From an uncultured Thermoplasmata archaeon (lineage in GTDB: Archaea > Thermoplasmatota > Thermoplasmata > RBG-16-68-12): a stretch of DNA of 64,000 bases. Where the stretch lies: assembly GCA_963768855.1 (NCBI GenBank), contig CAVYJM010000006.1, forward strand, positions 768,001 through 832,000. The letters are read 5' to 3'. Under the pieces are notes generated by a model. The model worked only from the letters and a program-made list of their open reading frames with translations, made no database searches and had not been told where the DNA came from. Positions 37,937-48,125 of this stretch are shown piece by piece. The translations under genes and the position numbers were made by a program. Each line of letters starts with the position of its first letter. Position 1 is the stretch's first letter.

Positions 37937-39895
37937 TCACTCGCCCTTGAATGCGGGCGGCCGCTTCTCCATGAAGGCTTGGATGCCTTCGTAGACATCG
38001 TCCGTCGACATCACAAGCCCGAACGCCATCGCCTCCATCTCGAGCGCCGCATCGATGGGGATATCGCCGCTGCGGTTCAGCATCACTTTGATGAGGCGCA
38101 TGGCCACCGGGGGTCCCTTCGCGAGCTTCTCGGCGAACGCCTTCGCCTCGGATTCGAACGCTTCGTTGTCCACGGCTTTCGTAACAAGGCCGATTGCCGC
38201 GGCCTCGTCGGCCATGATGCGGTCGCCGATCATTGCGAGTTCCTTCGCCTTCGCGAACCCGACGATGCGGACGAGTCGCTGACTCCCTCCCGCGCCTGGC
38301 ACGAGTCCCCGCGCAACCTCGGTCTGCCCGATCTTGGCCCGTTTCGCCGCAATGCGGAAGTCGCAGGCCAGGGCGAGCTCGAGACCTCCGCCCACCGCGG
38401 AACTATTGAGCGCGGCGAGAGTGGGCTTCGGGAAGTTCGCCACGATGTGGAAGACCTCCTCCGATCGCCGGGAAACCTTCCAGAATTGGTGCGCTTTCGA
38501 CGCGTCACCGAACGCGGTGAGGTCCGCGCCGGCACTGAAGGCGCGATCGCCCGAGCCGGTGAACACGACGCAGCGGACGGCGTCGTCCTTGCCGAGTTCC
38601 GCGAGCGCGCGTTCGACCTCCTCGAACATCTCGGGTGTGAATGTGTTCAGCCGATCCGGGCGGTTCAGCATGATCGTCGCGACCCCGGTCGCGCTGTCCT
38701 TCGTCACGAGGACCGTCTCGAACTTCGCGGGCGCGCCCTGCGCCTCTGCCGCGCGATGCTCGTAGAATCCCTTGCCGGATGCGACGCCGAGCTCACCCCT
38801 CGCGGCCATGTCCTGCAGTAGCTTCGCCGGCTTCGACCGGGGGTGGTTCTGCAACGCCGCGAGCACCTTGTCGATGCCCAAGTCGTCCGCGAGGGCCAGC
38901 GGACCTTTGGGGAACGCCGTCCCGAGGCGCATCGCCTCGTCGATCTCCGCGGGGCTCGCGACGTCCATGGCCACGAGTTCCGCGGCTTCGTTGATGATCG
39001 GCGCCAGGATTCGCATCGGATCGAAGGAGCCCGCCATGTCAGGCGTCAGCTTGGGTCGTCCCTCTTTGTACGAGTAGAAGCCCTCCCCGCTCTTCTTCCC
39101 GAACTTGCGCGCGGCGTACTTCTCCTGGAACGGGGGCGGGACGGGGATGCTCGCCTTCTCCTGGGCCGTGAAGAGCAGGTCGATGCCGACCTGGTCCGCG
39201 AGCTCGAAGGGCCCCATGGGGAAGCCGACGCGGAAGCGCATCGCCGCATCGATTGTCTCGATCGGGATGCCCTCCTTGTAGTGGATCCACGCCGCCTCGT
39301 TCATGTAGGGGGCCAGGACGCGGGTCGTGATGAAGCCGGGAACGTCCTTCCGCACGACGATTGCGGTCTTCCCAAGGGACTTCGCGAGATCGACCGCAGC
39401 TTGCAGGGTCGAGTCCGAGGTCTTCTCCGTTCGGATGACTTCGATCAGCGGCATGAGCATGGGCGGATTGAAGAAGTGCATGCCCACGACCTTCGTGGGT
39501 CGGCGGGTGGCGAAGGCCATGTTCGTGATCGGGATCGCGCTCGTGTTGGACGCGAGGACGGCTTTGTCGGGCGCGACCTCGTCGAGCTCGTGGAAGACTT
39601 TCTTCTTCAGCTCGACGTCCTCGAAGACCGCCTCGATGATGAAGTCGGCGTCCCGACACGCTTCCCCGAGGTCGAGCGTCGTCTGAATCCGGGCGAGCGC
39701 CTCGTCTGCCTGCGGCCGCGTGACCTGCGCCTTCTCGACGAGCTTGTCCAGGGACCATCGGAGCCGCTCCATCCCGCGGTCGAGGTATTCCTGCTTGATG
39801 TCGCGCATCGAGACCGCGTAGCCGTGGAGGGCCAGCAGCTCCGCGATGCCGTGTCCCATCTCGCCCGCACCAATGACGGTAACCTTCTGCGTCAT
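37937..39895 (-). CDS. Fused 3-hydroxyacyl-CoA dehydrogenase / enoyl-CoA hydratase
   Basis: GAGEMGHGIA, SNTS, GMHFFNP, PMGPFEL; C-terminal FSAGAD, VGGGLE, GQTEV. Confidence 0.93.
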   Translation of the reverse strand: MTQKVTVIGAGEMGHGIAELLALHGYAVSMRDIKQEYLDRGMERLRWSLDKLVEKAQVTRPQADEALARIQTTLDLGEACRDADFIIEAVFEDVELKKKVFHELDEVAPDKAVLASNTSAIPITNMAFATRRPTKVVGMHFFNPPMLMPLIEVIRTEKTSDSTLQAAVDLAKSLGKTAIVVRKDVPGFITTRVLAPYMNEAAWIHYKEGIPIETIDAAMRFRVGFPMGPFELADQVGIDLLFTAQEKASIPVPPPFQEKYAARKFGKKSGEGFYSYKEGRPKLTPDMAGSFDPMRILAPIINEAAELVAMDVASPAEIDEAMRLGTAFPKGPLALADDLGIDKVLAALQNHPRSKPAKLLQDMAARGELGVASGKGFYEHRAAEAQGAPAKFETVLVTKDSATGVATIMLNRPDRLNTFTPEMFEEVERALAELGKDDAVRCVVFTGSGDRAFSAGADLTAFGDASKAHQFWKVSRRSEEVFHIVANFPKPTLAALNSSAVGGGLELALACDFRIAAKRAKIGQTEVARGLVPGAGGSQRLVRIVGFAKAKELAMIGDRIMADEAAAIGLVTKAVDNEAFESEAKAFAEKLAKGPPVAMRLIKVMLNRSGDIPIDAALEMEAMAFGLVMSTDDVYEGIQAFMEKRPPAFKGE

Positions 39896-40004
39896 GTGAC
39901 TCCGCCCCAGGACGCGAAACGACGAAGCGGGATTAAAGGTCTGCCCATCCCCGTCCGCCGTGGCCGCAACCTTCATCCTTCGGGCTTCCCTGCGTCACGC
40001 GTCG

Positions 40005-40283
40005 ATGGTCGACCTCCTCGTGATCGCCCTCGTCTTCATTGCGATCCTCTTCCCCTTCGTCGTCGTCCCGGAGGTCCTGGAGCGATGGGGATACGATCCG
40101 AAGGGACGTTTCGTGCGGCTGGTGGTCTGGGCCACCTTTCTGATCCTGGTCCTCTTGCCCGCCGCGCTGTCGGGCTTCCTCTCCACGGTCACGAGCCCGG
40201 GGGACTGGCTCATCCTGGCCGGAGCCCTGGCAATCGCGATGCTCTGGGAGTATTACCGCCTGCACCCGCGGACGTTCCCGTGA
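40005..40283 (+). CDS. Small hypothetical membrane protein
   Basis: 92 aa, three hydrophobic segments. Confidence 0.6.
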   Translation: MVDLLVIALVFIAILFPFVVVPEVLERWGYDPKGRFVRLVVWATFLILVLLPAALSGFLSTVTSPGDWLILAGALAIAMLWEYYRLHPRTFP

Positions 40284-40302
40284 GGAACGCGGGAGCCGAC
40301 CG

Positions 40303-41625
40303 TCAGATGAGCTTCCAGTCCTTCAGGACGTCCTCGAGGTTCGGGTGGCCGATTTCGTCGAGCTCGTACCGCACATGGACGATCGGCTTGTTCGCCTTCA
40401 GGACCCGGCTCAGGTCGATGGGCGTTCCGCTCAGCACGATGTCGCACGGGGTCGCGTCGATCGTCTCTTCAAGCTCCTTGATCTGCTTCTCGCCGTAGCC
40501 CATCGCGGGCAGGACCTTGCGGGAGTTCGCGTACTTCTTGTACGTCTCCTTGATCGAGCCGACCGCGTACGGCACGGCGCTCACGATTTCAGCAGCCCCG
40601 AAACGCTGGGCCGCGATGTAGGCTGCGCCGTACTCCATGCCGCCATGGGTGAGCGTGGGCCCGTCCTCGATCGCCAGGACCTTCTTCCCGCGGATCTCCA
40701 CGCCGTCGTCCGGGGTGATCGGCGACGCCGCCTCGACGACGACCGCGTCGGGGTTCAGGATGCGCACGTTCTGCTTGACCGTCTCGATGTTCTCCGGCTT
40801 CGCGGTGTCCACCTTGTTGATGATGACGACGTCCGCCATGCGGATGTTCGTCTCGCCCGGATAGTAGCTCATCTCGTGCCCGGGCCGATGGGGGTCCGCG
40901 ACGACGAGGAGGAGATCGGGCTTGTAGAACGACGTGTCGTTGTTTCCGCCGTCCCAGAGGACGATGTCCGCCTCCTTCTCCGCCTGCCGCAGGATCGCCT
41001 CGTAGTCGACGCCTGCGTAGACGACCGTCCCCTTGTCGATGTGGGGCTCGTACTCCTCGCGCTCCTCGATTGTGCACTCCTGCTTGTCCAGGTCCGCGTA
41101 ATTCGCGAAGCGCTGGACGGCCTGCTTGGCCAGGTCGCCGTAGGGCATCGGGTGGCGCACGACCACCACCTTCTTGCCGTGGTCGCGGAGGATTTGGGCG
41201 ACCCGCCGGGTGGTCTGGCTCTTCCCGCTCCCGGTTCGGACCGCGCAGATCGCCACGACGGGGACCTTGGACTTGATCATCGTCGATTCGACGTTGATCA
41301 GCATGAAGTCCGCGCCGTTCGCGTTCGAGAGGGCCGCGCGGTGCCCGATGTACGGATAGTCGACGTCGCTGTAGGCGAACACGACGAGGTTGGCGCTGAA
41401 TTTCTTGATGAGTTGGGGCAGCTCGTCCTCGGGCATGATCGGGATTCCGTTTGGGTACATCTTCCCGGCGAGGACGGCCGGATACTTGCGCCCCGCGATC
41501 CCCGGGATCTGGGTGGCCGTGAAGCAGACCACGCGGTACTCTGGGTTGTTCCGGAAGTACGTGTTGAAATTGTGGAAGTCCCGCCCCGCGGCTCCGAGGA
41601 TGATGACCTTCTTCGGCTCGCCCAT
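40303..41625 (-). CDS. Cyclic 2,3-diphosphoglycerate synthetase-like P-loop protein
   Basis: GAAGRDFHN, P-loop RTGSGKS, RHPMPYG, WDGGNND, EDGPT. Confidence 0.75.
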   Translation of the reverse strand: MGEPKKVIILGAAGRDFHNFNTYFRNNPEYRVVCFTATQIPGIAGRKYPAVLAGKMYPNGIPIMPEDELPQLIKKFSANLVVFAYSDVDYPYIGHRAALSNANGADFMLINVESTMIKSKVPVVAICAVRTGSGKSQTTRRVAQILRDHGKKVVVVRHPMPYGDLAKQAVQRFANYADLDKQECTIEEREEYEPHIDKGTVVYAGVDYEAILRQAEKEADIVLWDGGNNDTSFYKPDLLLVVADPHRPGHEMSYYPGETNIRMADVVIINKVDTAKPENIETVKQNVRILNPDAVVVEAASPITPDDGVEIRGKKVLAIEDGPTLTHGGMEYGAAYIAAQRFGAAEIVSAVPYAVGSIKETYKKYANSRKVLPAMGYGEKQIKELEETIDATPCDIVLSGTPIDLSRVLKANKPIVHVRYELDEIGHPNLEDVLKDWKLI

Positions 41626-41670
41626 GGGGGCGGGCAAGCCACCGGGGATATAATCCCTTTTGGACGAAGA

Positions 41671-42423
41671 CTATAGACCTCTCCTCGTCTCCCTCTTTGT
41701 ACGAGTTCGGGGAGCCGCGTCGGGCGGGGTGCCTTCCAGGAATCCGCGAGCCCGCCGGAAGATGCCATCGAACATCTCCTCCGTGAGCAGGCCGGTCTGC
41801 GTGTTGCGCTGGCTTGGGTGGTAGGACACGAGGAGCGTGACCGGTCCGAGGTCCGCGACATGCCCGTGGCCGAATGAGGGTCTCGGCCTGGGGATCTCCC
41901 GACCTGTGGCCCCCCATGCGCGGAGGAAGTGGTCCATCGCGACCTGGCCCAGGACGACGACCACCTTGAGTCCCCTCAGCAACTCGATTTCCGCCTCGAG
42001 GTACGGTCGGCACCGGGCGAACTCGATCGGGGAAGGGCGGTTCCCCGGTGGGGCGCATCGCACGGCGGCTGCGACGTACGCGTCGGTCAGCCGAAGGCCG
42101 TCGTCGACCGAGACGGAGGTCGCCTGGTTCGCGAAGCCGGCCCGGTGAAGGGCGCGGTACAGCCAGTCGCCGCTCCGATCCCCGGTGAAGACCCGGCCCG
42201 TCCGGTTCCCGCCGTGGGCCGCCGGCGCGAGCCCGACGATCAGCATACGGGCCGCCGGGTCGCCGAAACCGGGGACCGGCCGGCCCCAGTAGGTCCAGTC
42301 GCGGAACCGGGCCACCCTCTCCCGTGCAACCTGCTCGCGGTACCGGACGAGGCGGGGACACTTCCGGCACGCGACGATGTGGTCCTTCAGCGTCCCGAGG
42401 TCGCGCGCGTGGGCCCCGTGCAC
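41671..42423 (-). CDS. Uracil-DNA glycosylase (family 5, Fe-S)
   Basis: CRKCPRL, GLAPAAHGGNRTGR, VRCAPP, SYHPSQRN. Confidence 0.9.
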   Translation of the reverse strand: MHGAHARDLGTLKDHIVACRKCPRLVRYREQVARERVARFRDWTYWGRPVPGFGDPAARMLIVGLAPAAHGGNRTGRVFTGDRSGDWLYRALHRAGFANQATSVSVDDGLRLTDAYVAAAVRCAPPGNRPSPIEFARCRPYLEAEIELLRGLKVVVVLGQVAMDHFLRAWGATGREIPRPRPSFGHGHVADLGPVTLLVSYHPSQRNTQTGLLTEEMFDGIFRRARGFLEGTPPDAAPRTRTKRETRRGL

Positions 42424-42512
42424 GCGCCAGCGACGCGTCCCGACGTCATAATCATTGCCGCGTGTGCACGGGGATGCGGAGGGTCAAACCGCGGGGCCGC
42501 CCTCCAGGTTCC

Positions 42513-43196
42513 ATGGCCGCGAAGACCCGCGAGGTGCGGTTCCGCCGCCTCGTGGACCTTTCTCAGGAGATCTCGCCGGACACGCCGATGTTCCCCGCCT
42601 ATCCTGCGCCCGCGTTCACGCCGTGGACCACGCGCGAGGTCCACGGATTCCTCGCCGAGACCCTGTTCTTTGTGAGCCACACGGGCACCCACGTGGACGC
42701 GCCGTTCCACTTCGAGCCGACCGGGAAGAAGGTTGACGAACTCCCGCTCGACCAGTTCCTCGCTCCCGGACACGTCTTGAACCTTCCCGGCCCGGCCCCC
42801 CGCGCGTCGGTGGAAGCCCCTGACCTCCGGACGGCCCGAAAGGCGGCGGGGCGTCCCATCCATCCAGGAGACGCCGCGCTCATCCGAACGGGATGGGAGC
42901 GGACCCGGGGCACGCCGGGCTATCTCCACGAGAACCCGGGACTCGGAAGGGCCGCCGCGAAAGAGCTCGTGGACTGGGGCGTCTCCCTCGTGGGGATCGA
43001 CTCCCCCAACCTCGACGCGGCCGGAGCGGTCGACTACCCGGCCCACCACACGCTCCTGGGTGCGGGCATCCCGGTCGTGGAGAACGTCGCCAACATGGCC
43101 GAGCTGGGGACCGGGCCGTTCACCCTCGTGGCGTTCCCGCTCCGCCTCCGCGGCACGACCGGATCGCCCATCCGGCTCGTCGCCCTGGTGGAGTGA
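42513..43196 (+). CDS. Cyclase family metal hydrolase (KynB-like)
   Basis: HTGTHVDAP, VGID, VEN, GSPIR. Confidence 0.88.
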   Translation: MAAKTREVRFRRLVDLSQEISPDTPMFPAYPAPAFTPWTTREVHGFLAETLFFVSHTGTHVDAPFHFEPTGKKVDELPLDQFLAPGHVLNLPGPAPRASVEAPDLRTARKAAGRPIHPGDAALIRTGWERTRGTPGYLHENPGLGRAAAKELVDWGVSLVGIDSPNLDAAGAVDYPAHHTLLGAGIPVVENVANMAELGTGPFTLVAFPLRLRGTTGSPIRLVALVE

Positions 43197-43265
43197 TCCT
43201 CGCCCTGGGCCCCGACGCGGTCCCCTGGGAAACCTTAGTATGGGGCCGGGTGTTTCCCGCGGACA

Positions 43266-43658
43266 ATGCCGGAGTACCGCATCCCGAGCGACGAGCGCGT
43301 GAAGGAGTCGCTCACTCGGGTGTTCGCGACCCGGCACGAAGTGAACAGCCAGCACCGGCTGAAGCAGCTCGTCGAGAAGGACCTGAAGGCCGAAGAGCGC
43401 TTCCGCGTCGGAGAGCCGCGGCTGCGTCAGATCGCGATCGACTCGGGGCTCGTCGACCTCGAGATCCATTGCCGCGAGACGGATCAACGGAAGAGCCTAT
43501 ACAAGTGCCCGGTCTGCGGCGAGCGCCTCCAGCGCGTGCGCAACATGACCGTCTACGGGGGAACGGTCACCCTGGGCTACCGCTGCGAGCGGTGCAAGTA
43601 CTGGACGGGCCTCAAGCGCCGCATCCCAATCCGCTACGTGTTCACGAGGCGCCCCTGA
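43266..43658 (+). CDS. Hypothetical protein with C-terminal Zn ribbon
   Basis: CPVC...CERC; ATGA overlap with the next gene. Confidence 0.72.
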   Translation: MPEYRIPSDERVKESLTRVFATRHEVNSQHRLKQLVEKDLKAEERFRVGEPRLRQIAIDSGLVDLEIHCRETDQRKSLYKCPVCGERLQRVRNMTVYGGTVTLGYRCERCKYWTGLKRRIPIRYVFTRRP

Positions 43659-44617
43659 TGCAGGTCGTCTACCGCGGAGGCATTCTCCTCCAGGATGGCC
43701 TCTGCCACATCATCCTCGACCCGGCCCGGAAGACCCCCGGGTCCGTCGTGAGCCACGGCCACATGGACCACCTGACGTCGGGCGGCGTGATGACGCCGGA
43801 GACCCTCGAGGTCCTCCGGGTGCGCCGCGGGTCCGGAACGGGGACCGAGCTTCCCTACGAGAAGGAGATCGAGCTCAACGGGTTCCGCGTCACGCTGAAA
43901 GATGCCGGCCATGTCTTTGGCTCCGCGATGGTGCGGGCGGACGACCTTCTCTACACGGGGGACTTCAACCCGGAGGGCGGCGCCACCTGCGGCAAGGCGG
44001 TCCCCGAGAAGGTCCACAGCCTCGTCGTCGACGCGACGTACGGGAAGCCCGGCCTAAGCTTCCCGGACAAGAGCATGGTCGAGGCGGACCTGCTCAACTG
44101 GCTCGAGATGGAGCTGGCCGAAGGCCCCGTGGCCCTCGGCGGCTACGTGTTCGGAAAGAGTCAGGAGCTCATCGCCTTGGTGAACCGCCTCAAGGTCGAG
44201 GTCGCGGTCGCAGATGGCATCGCCGACCTCGCGGACATCTACGTGCGGCACGGCGTGAAGTTGCACTACCGCAGGATCTCGAGCCTCGCGGAATCGGAAC
44301 GGCGGGATCCGCGGGTCTACATCTTGCCGCCGGGCTGGCTCCGACCCCCGCTTGACGAGAGCGTTTCGTGGCTCGGCGCGCTGCGCCTCCGGTCCGCGTA
44401 CGTCTCCGGGTGGGCCGCGTTCTTCGACTTCACGCGCCGGTATGGGCTCGACGCGCAGTTCCCCCTGAGCGATCACGCGGACTTCGATGACTTGATGGCC
44501 TTCATCGAGGCCTGCGAGCCACGGGTCGTCTACCCGGTCTTCAGCCATGCCACCGACCTGGCCCGCGCGGTGGAGCGCAAGCTGCGCATCAAGGCGGTGC
44601 CCCTCCTGGAGAAGTGA
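43658..44617 (+). CDS. MBL-fold / beta-CASP-like nuclease-related protein
   Basis: SHGHMDH, AGHVFGS, YTGD, SDHAD. Confidence 0.8.
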   Translation: MQVVYRGGILLQDGLCHIILDPARKTPGSVVSHGHMDHLTSGGVMTPETLEVLRVRRGSGTGTELPYEKEIELNGFRVTLKDAGHVFGSAMVRADDLLYTGDFNPEGGATCGKAVPEKVHSLVVDATYGKPGLSFPDKSMVEADLLNWLEMELAEGPVALGGYVFGKSQELIALVNRLKVEVAVADGIADLADIYVRHGVKLHYRRISSLAESERRDPRVYILPPGWLRPPLDESVSWLGALRLRSAYVSGWAAFFDFTRRYGLDAQFPLSDHADFDDLMAFIEACEPRVVYPVFSHATDLARAVERKLRIKAVPLLEK

Positions 44618-44621
44618 TTCG

Positions 44622-45041
44622 GTGCAGAGCGCAGAGGAAGGCAACCGGGTGATGGTGAAGCTCTCCGACGGCGAGGAACTGTTCGCGAGCCTGGAAGCCG
44701 CGGCCCGGAAGCACCAGATCGAAAGTGGCGCGGTGCTCTGGGGCATCGGGATGCTTCAGGATTTCGAGATCGGATTCTTCTCCCCGACCAGCTACGAGAA
44801 GAAGGCGTACGCGGACCGCCACGAGCTCATCGCGCTCCACGGCAGCATCGCGATGCGCGCGGAGCCGAAGTTCCACCTTCATGTCGCGGTGGCGGGGCGG
44901 GACCACGGTGTCGTCGGCGGTCATCTGTTTCGGGCCAAGGCCTGCGTCGTCAACGAGATCGGCCTCGAGCGGTTCCGGGACATCCGCTTGAACCGCAAGG
45001 CCAATCCGAGGACGACGCTGAACGAGCTCGAGATCGAATGA
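44622..45041 (+). CDS. PPC domain (DUF296) protein
   Basis: ELIALHGSI, HLHV, GGHL. Confidence 0.82.
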   Translation: MQSAEEGNRVMVKLSDGEELFASLEAAARKHQIESGAVLWGIGMLQDFEIGFFSPTSYEKKAYADRHELIALHGSIAMRAEPKFHLHVAVAGRDHGVVGGHLFRAKACVVNEIGLERFRDIRLNRKANPRTTLNELEIE

Positions 45042-45061
45042 GCGCGCGGCGGGACGGCCCT

Positions 45062-46180
45062 TCATGGAATCGTGGGACGCCCCGGAGACGGGAGGTCAGG
45101 GTGCCGCAAGGCGGCCAGGTAGACCGCCAGCGCTACGAGGGCCATGGCCGCCGCTAGTTCGAACGTCAGCGCATAGCTCACCGCAGCCACGAACCCACCG
45201 AGGATCGGCCCGACGATCGAGGAGAGGCTCGTCACGCTGTTGAACCATCCTCCCGCGGTTCCCGTCTCCACATTCTCCTCGGTGATGAACTTCAGAGATC
45301 CCACGTAGAGGGTTGCCCACGCGAACCCGAGAACAATCTGGATGGCGAGCATCGACCAGAAGTCCCATGAGACCAGGAAGAGCACGAAGGTGGCGAAGGA
45401 GCCGAGAAGGCCGACGACGATCAGGGTGCGGCTCCCATAGCGGTCGATCCCCTGCATCACCACGAACTGGACGAACGGGTTGAAGGCGTTGATGACCCCG
45501 ATCTCGAGGAGGTCGAGGTGGAGGACCTCGGCGAGGTAGATCGGAAAGATGCCCCAGATCATGTTCGCACCCGTGTGGCGGATGAACATCATTGCGTAGA
45601 CCGGGACGTTCCGTCGAAGGACCTTCCTCGGGAAGAGGGGCACGCGGATCCCGCCGGCAGCCTCCGCCGGGGCGGCGGTGGCCAGGAAGAAGGCGAGGAA
45701 CCAGGCAGCGGAGGCGAGGGCGAACACCTGCCAGTACACGCCCGGATCGATTTGCGCGGCGACTCCCGCGAGCGCGTTCCCGAGGGCCCACCCCAGCGAT
45801 CCCCATGAGGAGAACTTGCCCATCAGGGAATCCGCAGTCTTCGCATACGCCAGGAGGGCCGCGGGGTACATGCCCACGCAGAAGCCCAGGAGCGTGCGGC
45901 TGGCGAGGAGGAGCCATGGGTTCACCGCGAACGGCTGGAGCAGACACGTCACCGCGGAGAGGAGCAGGCCCGCCCGCAGGATCCGCCGCACTCCCTGAAC
46001 GTCCGCCGCGCGTCCGAGGAAGATCGAAGCGAAGACGATGGCCGCGTTGTACGCCGCGACGATGAAGCCGACTTCCTCGAGCGAGGCGCCGTATTGGACG
46101 GCGTAGAGGGGGATGAAGAGTCCCGCCGCGGAGGCCGCCGCATTGGTCAGGAAGTTGATGTGGCGGGGACGGGGCCGCAC
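45062..46180 (-). CDS. MFS transporter
   Basis: About 12 TM segments, GRAADVQG and GIDRYGSR motif A-like loops. Confidence 0.85.
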   Translation of the reverse strand: MRPRPRHINFLTNAAASAAGLFIPLYAVQYGASLEEVGFIVAAYNAAIVFASIFLGRAADVQGVRRILRAGLLLSAVTCLLQPFAVNPWLLLASRTLLGFCVGMYPAALLAYAKTADSLMGKFSSWGSLGWALGNALAGVAAQIDPGVYWQVFALASAAWFLAFFLATAAPAEAAGGIRVPLFPRKVLRRNVPVYAMMFIRHTGANMIWGIFPIYLAEVLHLDLLEIGVINAFNPFVQFVVMQGIDRYGSRTLIVVGLLGSFATFVLFLVSWDFWSMLAIQIVLGFAWATLYVGSLKFITEENVETGTAGGWFNSVTSLSSIVGPILGGFVAAVSYALTFELAAAMALVALAVYLAALRHPDLPSPGRPTIP

Positions 46181-46210
46181 GGGGTCACGACGCGACGGAG
46201 CGGGGGCGGC

Positions 46211-46414
46211 TCACCAGCCGAGGCGCTCGAGTTCCCGGTCCTTCTTGGTCGCCTTGCGGAACGCGCGGTAGTGCTCCCGGCACAGGTGGACCCGGCGGAA
46301 GTCCGCGGTCAGGGTCTTTCCCGCCAGGATCTCCTTCGCCTTGTCCAGGGCCACGGACCGCACGGCGTCCTGTCCGCACCCGGACACCCCGCAGACCTCC
46401 TTCTTGGCGGGCAT
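46211..46414 (-). CDS. Small Cys/His (Zn-finger-like) basic protein
   Basis: 67 aa, CGVSGC...HLCREH. Confidence 0.6.
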   Translation of the reverse strand: MPAKKEVCGVSGCGQDAVRSVALDKAKEILAGKTLTADFRRVHLCREHYRAFRKATKKDRELERLGW

Positions 46415-46454
46415 CGCTCGGGCGATGACGCCTCGCGTATAAGAAATTCGCCGC

Positions 46455-47696
46455 TCAGTCGGGTCGGCGTCGGAACATGACGGCTGCGGAGACGGCGACG
46501 AGGAACACGGCCGCAACGATGGCCATCTGGGTGGGCCCGTCGAGGCCGGGCTGCGGGAGCGCGACGCTCTCGACCTCCAAACTCGCCGAACTCAGGTCGG
46601 GCACGTACACGACGAGCACGGTGGCGTTCATGGAGAGCCGCGCGTACGTCGCGTGATCCGTCGACCCCGGAAGTGCAAACAGGGACGCGAGCGGATCGGC
46701 GGCCTCCGGGATCTCGACCCCGTTGGCCATCACGTTCAGGCGATGCTGAGAGTCCGCCGGCATCGTGTCGGGGTCGAACGCGAGGAGCACGAGGCCGTCT
46801 TGGGGCCCGGCCGTCTCGAGTTTGAGGACGGCCCGGTTGAACTGGACCTCATTGCTTTCCAACACGAGGTCGTCCAGGTATCTTGCCGAGTTCTCCAGCC
46901 AGCCCCCACTGGACACCGCGACGAGAGCGAACTCGGCCGCCAGCCGGCCCGAGCCGAACGCATCGAGGAGAGCGGTGCGCTGCATCGCGTGCTCGCTGGA
47001 CCCGGGCACGGCCCGCAGGGCGAGGTAGTCGTTGGCCGCAAGGGAAGCGGTCACCGTCGTTCCATTGAGAGCCAGGCCCCCTCGACCGACGATCAGCCGG
47101 CCGTTGTTGCCCCCGCTCGTGAAAGCGAGGCTCGCGGCCGGCCAGGAGTCAGACTGGGAGACTTGGAGGTCCGTCGTGGCCGCGGGGAATGTCAAGATGA
47201 CGCTGCGCGGCTGACTTAGGGTGCGGATTTCCAGGAGGGCCGTTGGCTCGTCGTGCGCGATGATCGTCGTGTCGTTGTCGGCCGTGATGAAGGTCGCACC
47301 GGCGACGACCGGCGGTGCGTTCGGGGAGAAGCCCGCGACGGAGATGGAATCGACGAGGACGGACGTCTGGCTCCCGTTGACCAGGAAGTACGCGGCGATC
47401 GGGCCGCTCCCGTCAACGTAGTCGAATTGGACGAACGGGCCGGACGCCACGCTGCCATCCCAGGAGAACGGTGCGAACAGCCCGCTCGCCAGGCCCCGCT
47501 GGAACGCCTCCGCCACGGGCACGTTGGTGTCTTGCGACCGCATCGTGGCCGGCTCTGGCGCGGCGGTCCACCCCAGCACCGCGGCCATCGGACCGTGCAC
47601 GGTGGCGACCATTACGCCCACGGGGAGCAGCGTCAGCGCGAGCAGGGCGGACGTCGCCCGATGGAGACGACGGCACGCGTCCCCGCCCTTTCTCAT
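46455..47696 (-). CDS. Hypothetical exported, C-terminally anchored protein
   Basis: N-terminal hydrophobic signal-like segment, beta-rich body, C-terminal TM plus RRR. Confidence 0.72.
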   Translation of the reverse strand: MRKGGDACRRLHRATSALLALTLLPVGVMVATVHGPMAAVLGWTAAPEPATMRSQDTNVPVAEAFQRGLASGLFAPFSWDGSVASGPFVQFDYVDGSGPIAAYFLVNGSQTSVLVDSISVAGFSPNAPPVVAGATFITADNDTTIIAHDEPTALLEIRTLSQPRSVILTFPAATTDLQVSQSDSWPAASLAFTSGGNNGRLIVGRGGLALNGTTVTASLAANDYLALRAVPGSSEHAMQRTALLDAFGSGRLAAEFALVAVSSGGWLENSARYLDDLVLESNEVQFNRAVLKLETAGPQDGLVLLAFDPDTMPADSQHRLNVMANGVEIPEAADPLASLFALPGSTDHATYARLSMNATVLVVYVPDLSSASLEVESVALPQPGLDGPTQMAIVAAVFLVAVSAAVMFRRRPD

Positions 47697-47863
47697 CGGT
47701 TCCTTACCGTCCCACCGCCGCTAAATGCGTTTTGGTGCGCGTTCCGGAGGTGTTAGGACGATGTTCGAACCAGATGTGCGCCTCCTTGCGAAGCCCGGTT
47801 CGCCTCATCTTCGACGGCTGTACGGAAAGACCTTTTAGCCCACGTGACTATTGCTCGGAGGTA

Positions 47864-48121
47864 ATGGGACCTCTCGACGCGTTTGTCCGGGTAGCGTTCG
47901 TTGGCTTCGCGGCAATCCTGGCGGCGGTGTCCCTGAAATCCTACGCGCGTCACCGAGAGAGGCGGTTCCTCCTTCTGAGCGCGGCCTTCGGGCTGTTTCT
48001 CGTGGAGGGCGCGTGGCTCGTCGTGGAGATGGCGTTGTCTTGGTCTTCGTCCGTCGGGACGGAGTGGGTCACGCTGAACCTCGCCGTCCTCGTCTCCCTG
48101 TATTTGGCCCTGCTGAGGTGA
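47864..48121 (+). CDS. Small 3-TM membrane protein
   Basis: 85 aa, ATG after GGAGG, ends 4 nt before the regulator. Confidence 0.72.
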   Translation: MGPLDAFVRVAFVGFAAILAAVSLKSYARHRERRFLLLSAAFGLFLVEGAWLVVEMALSWSSSVGTEWVTLNLAVLVSLYLALLR

Positions 48122-48125
48122 CAAC

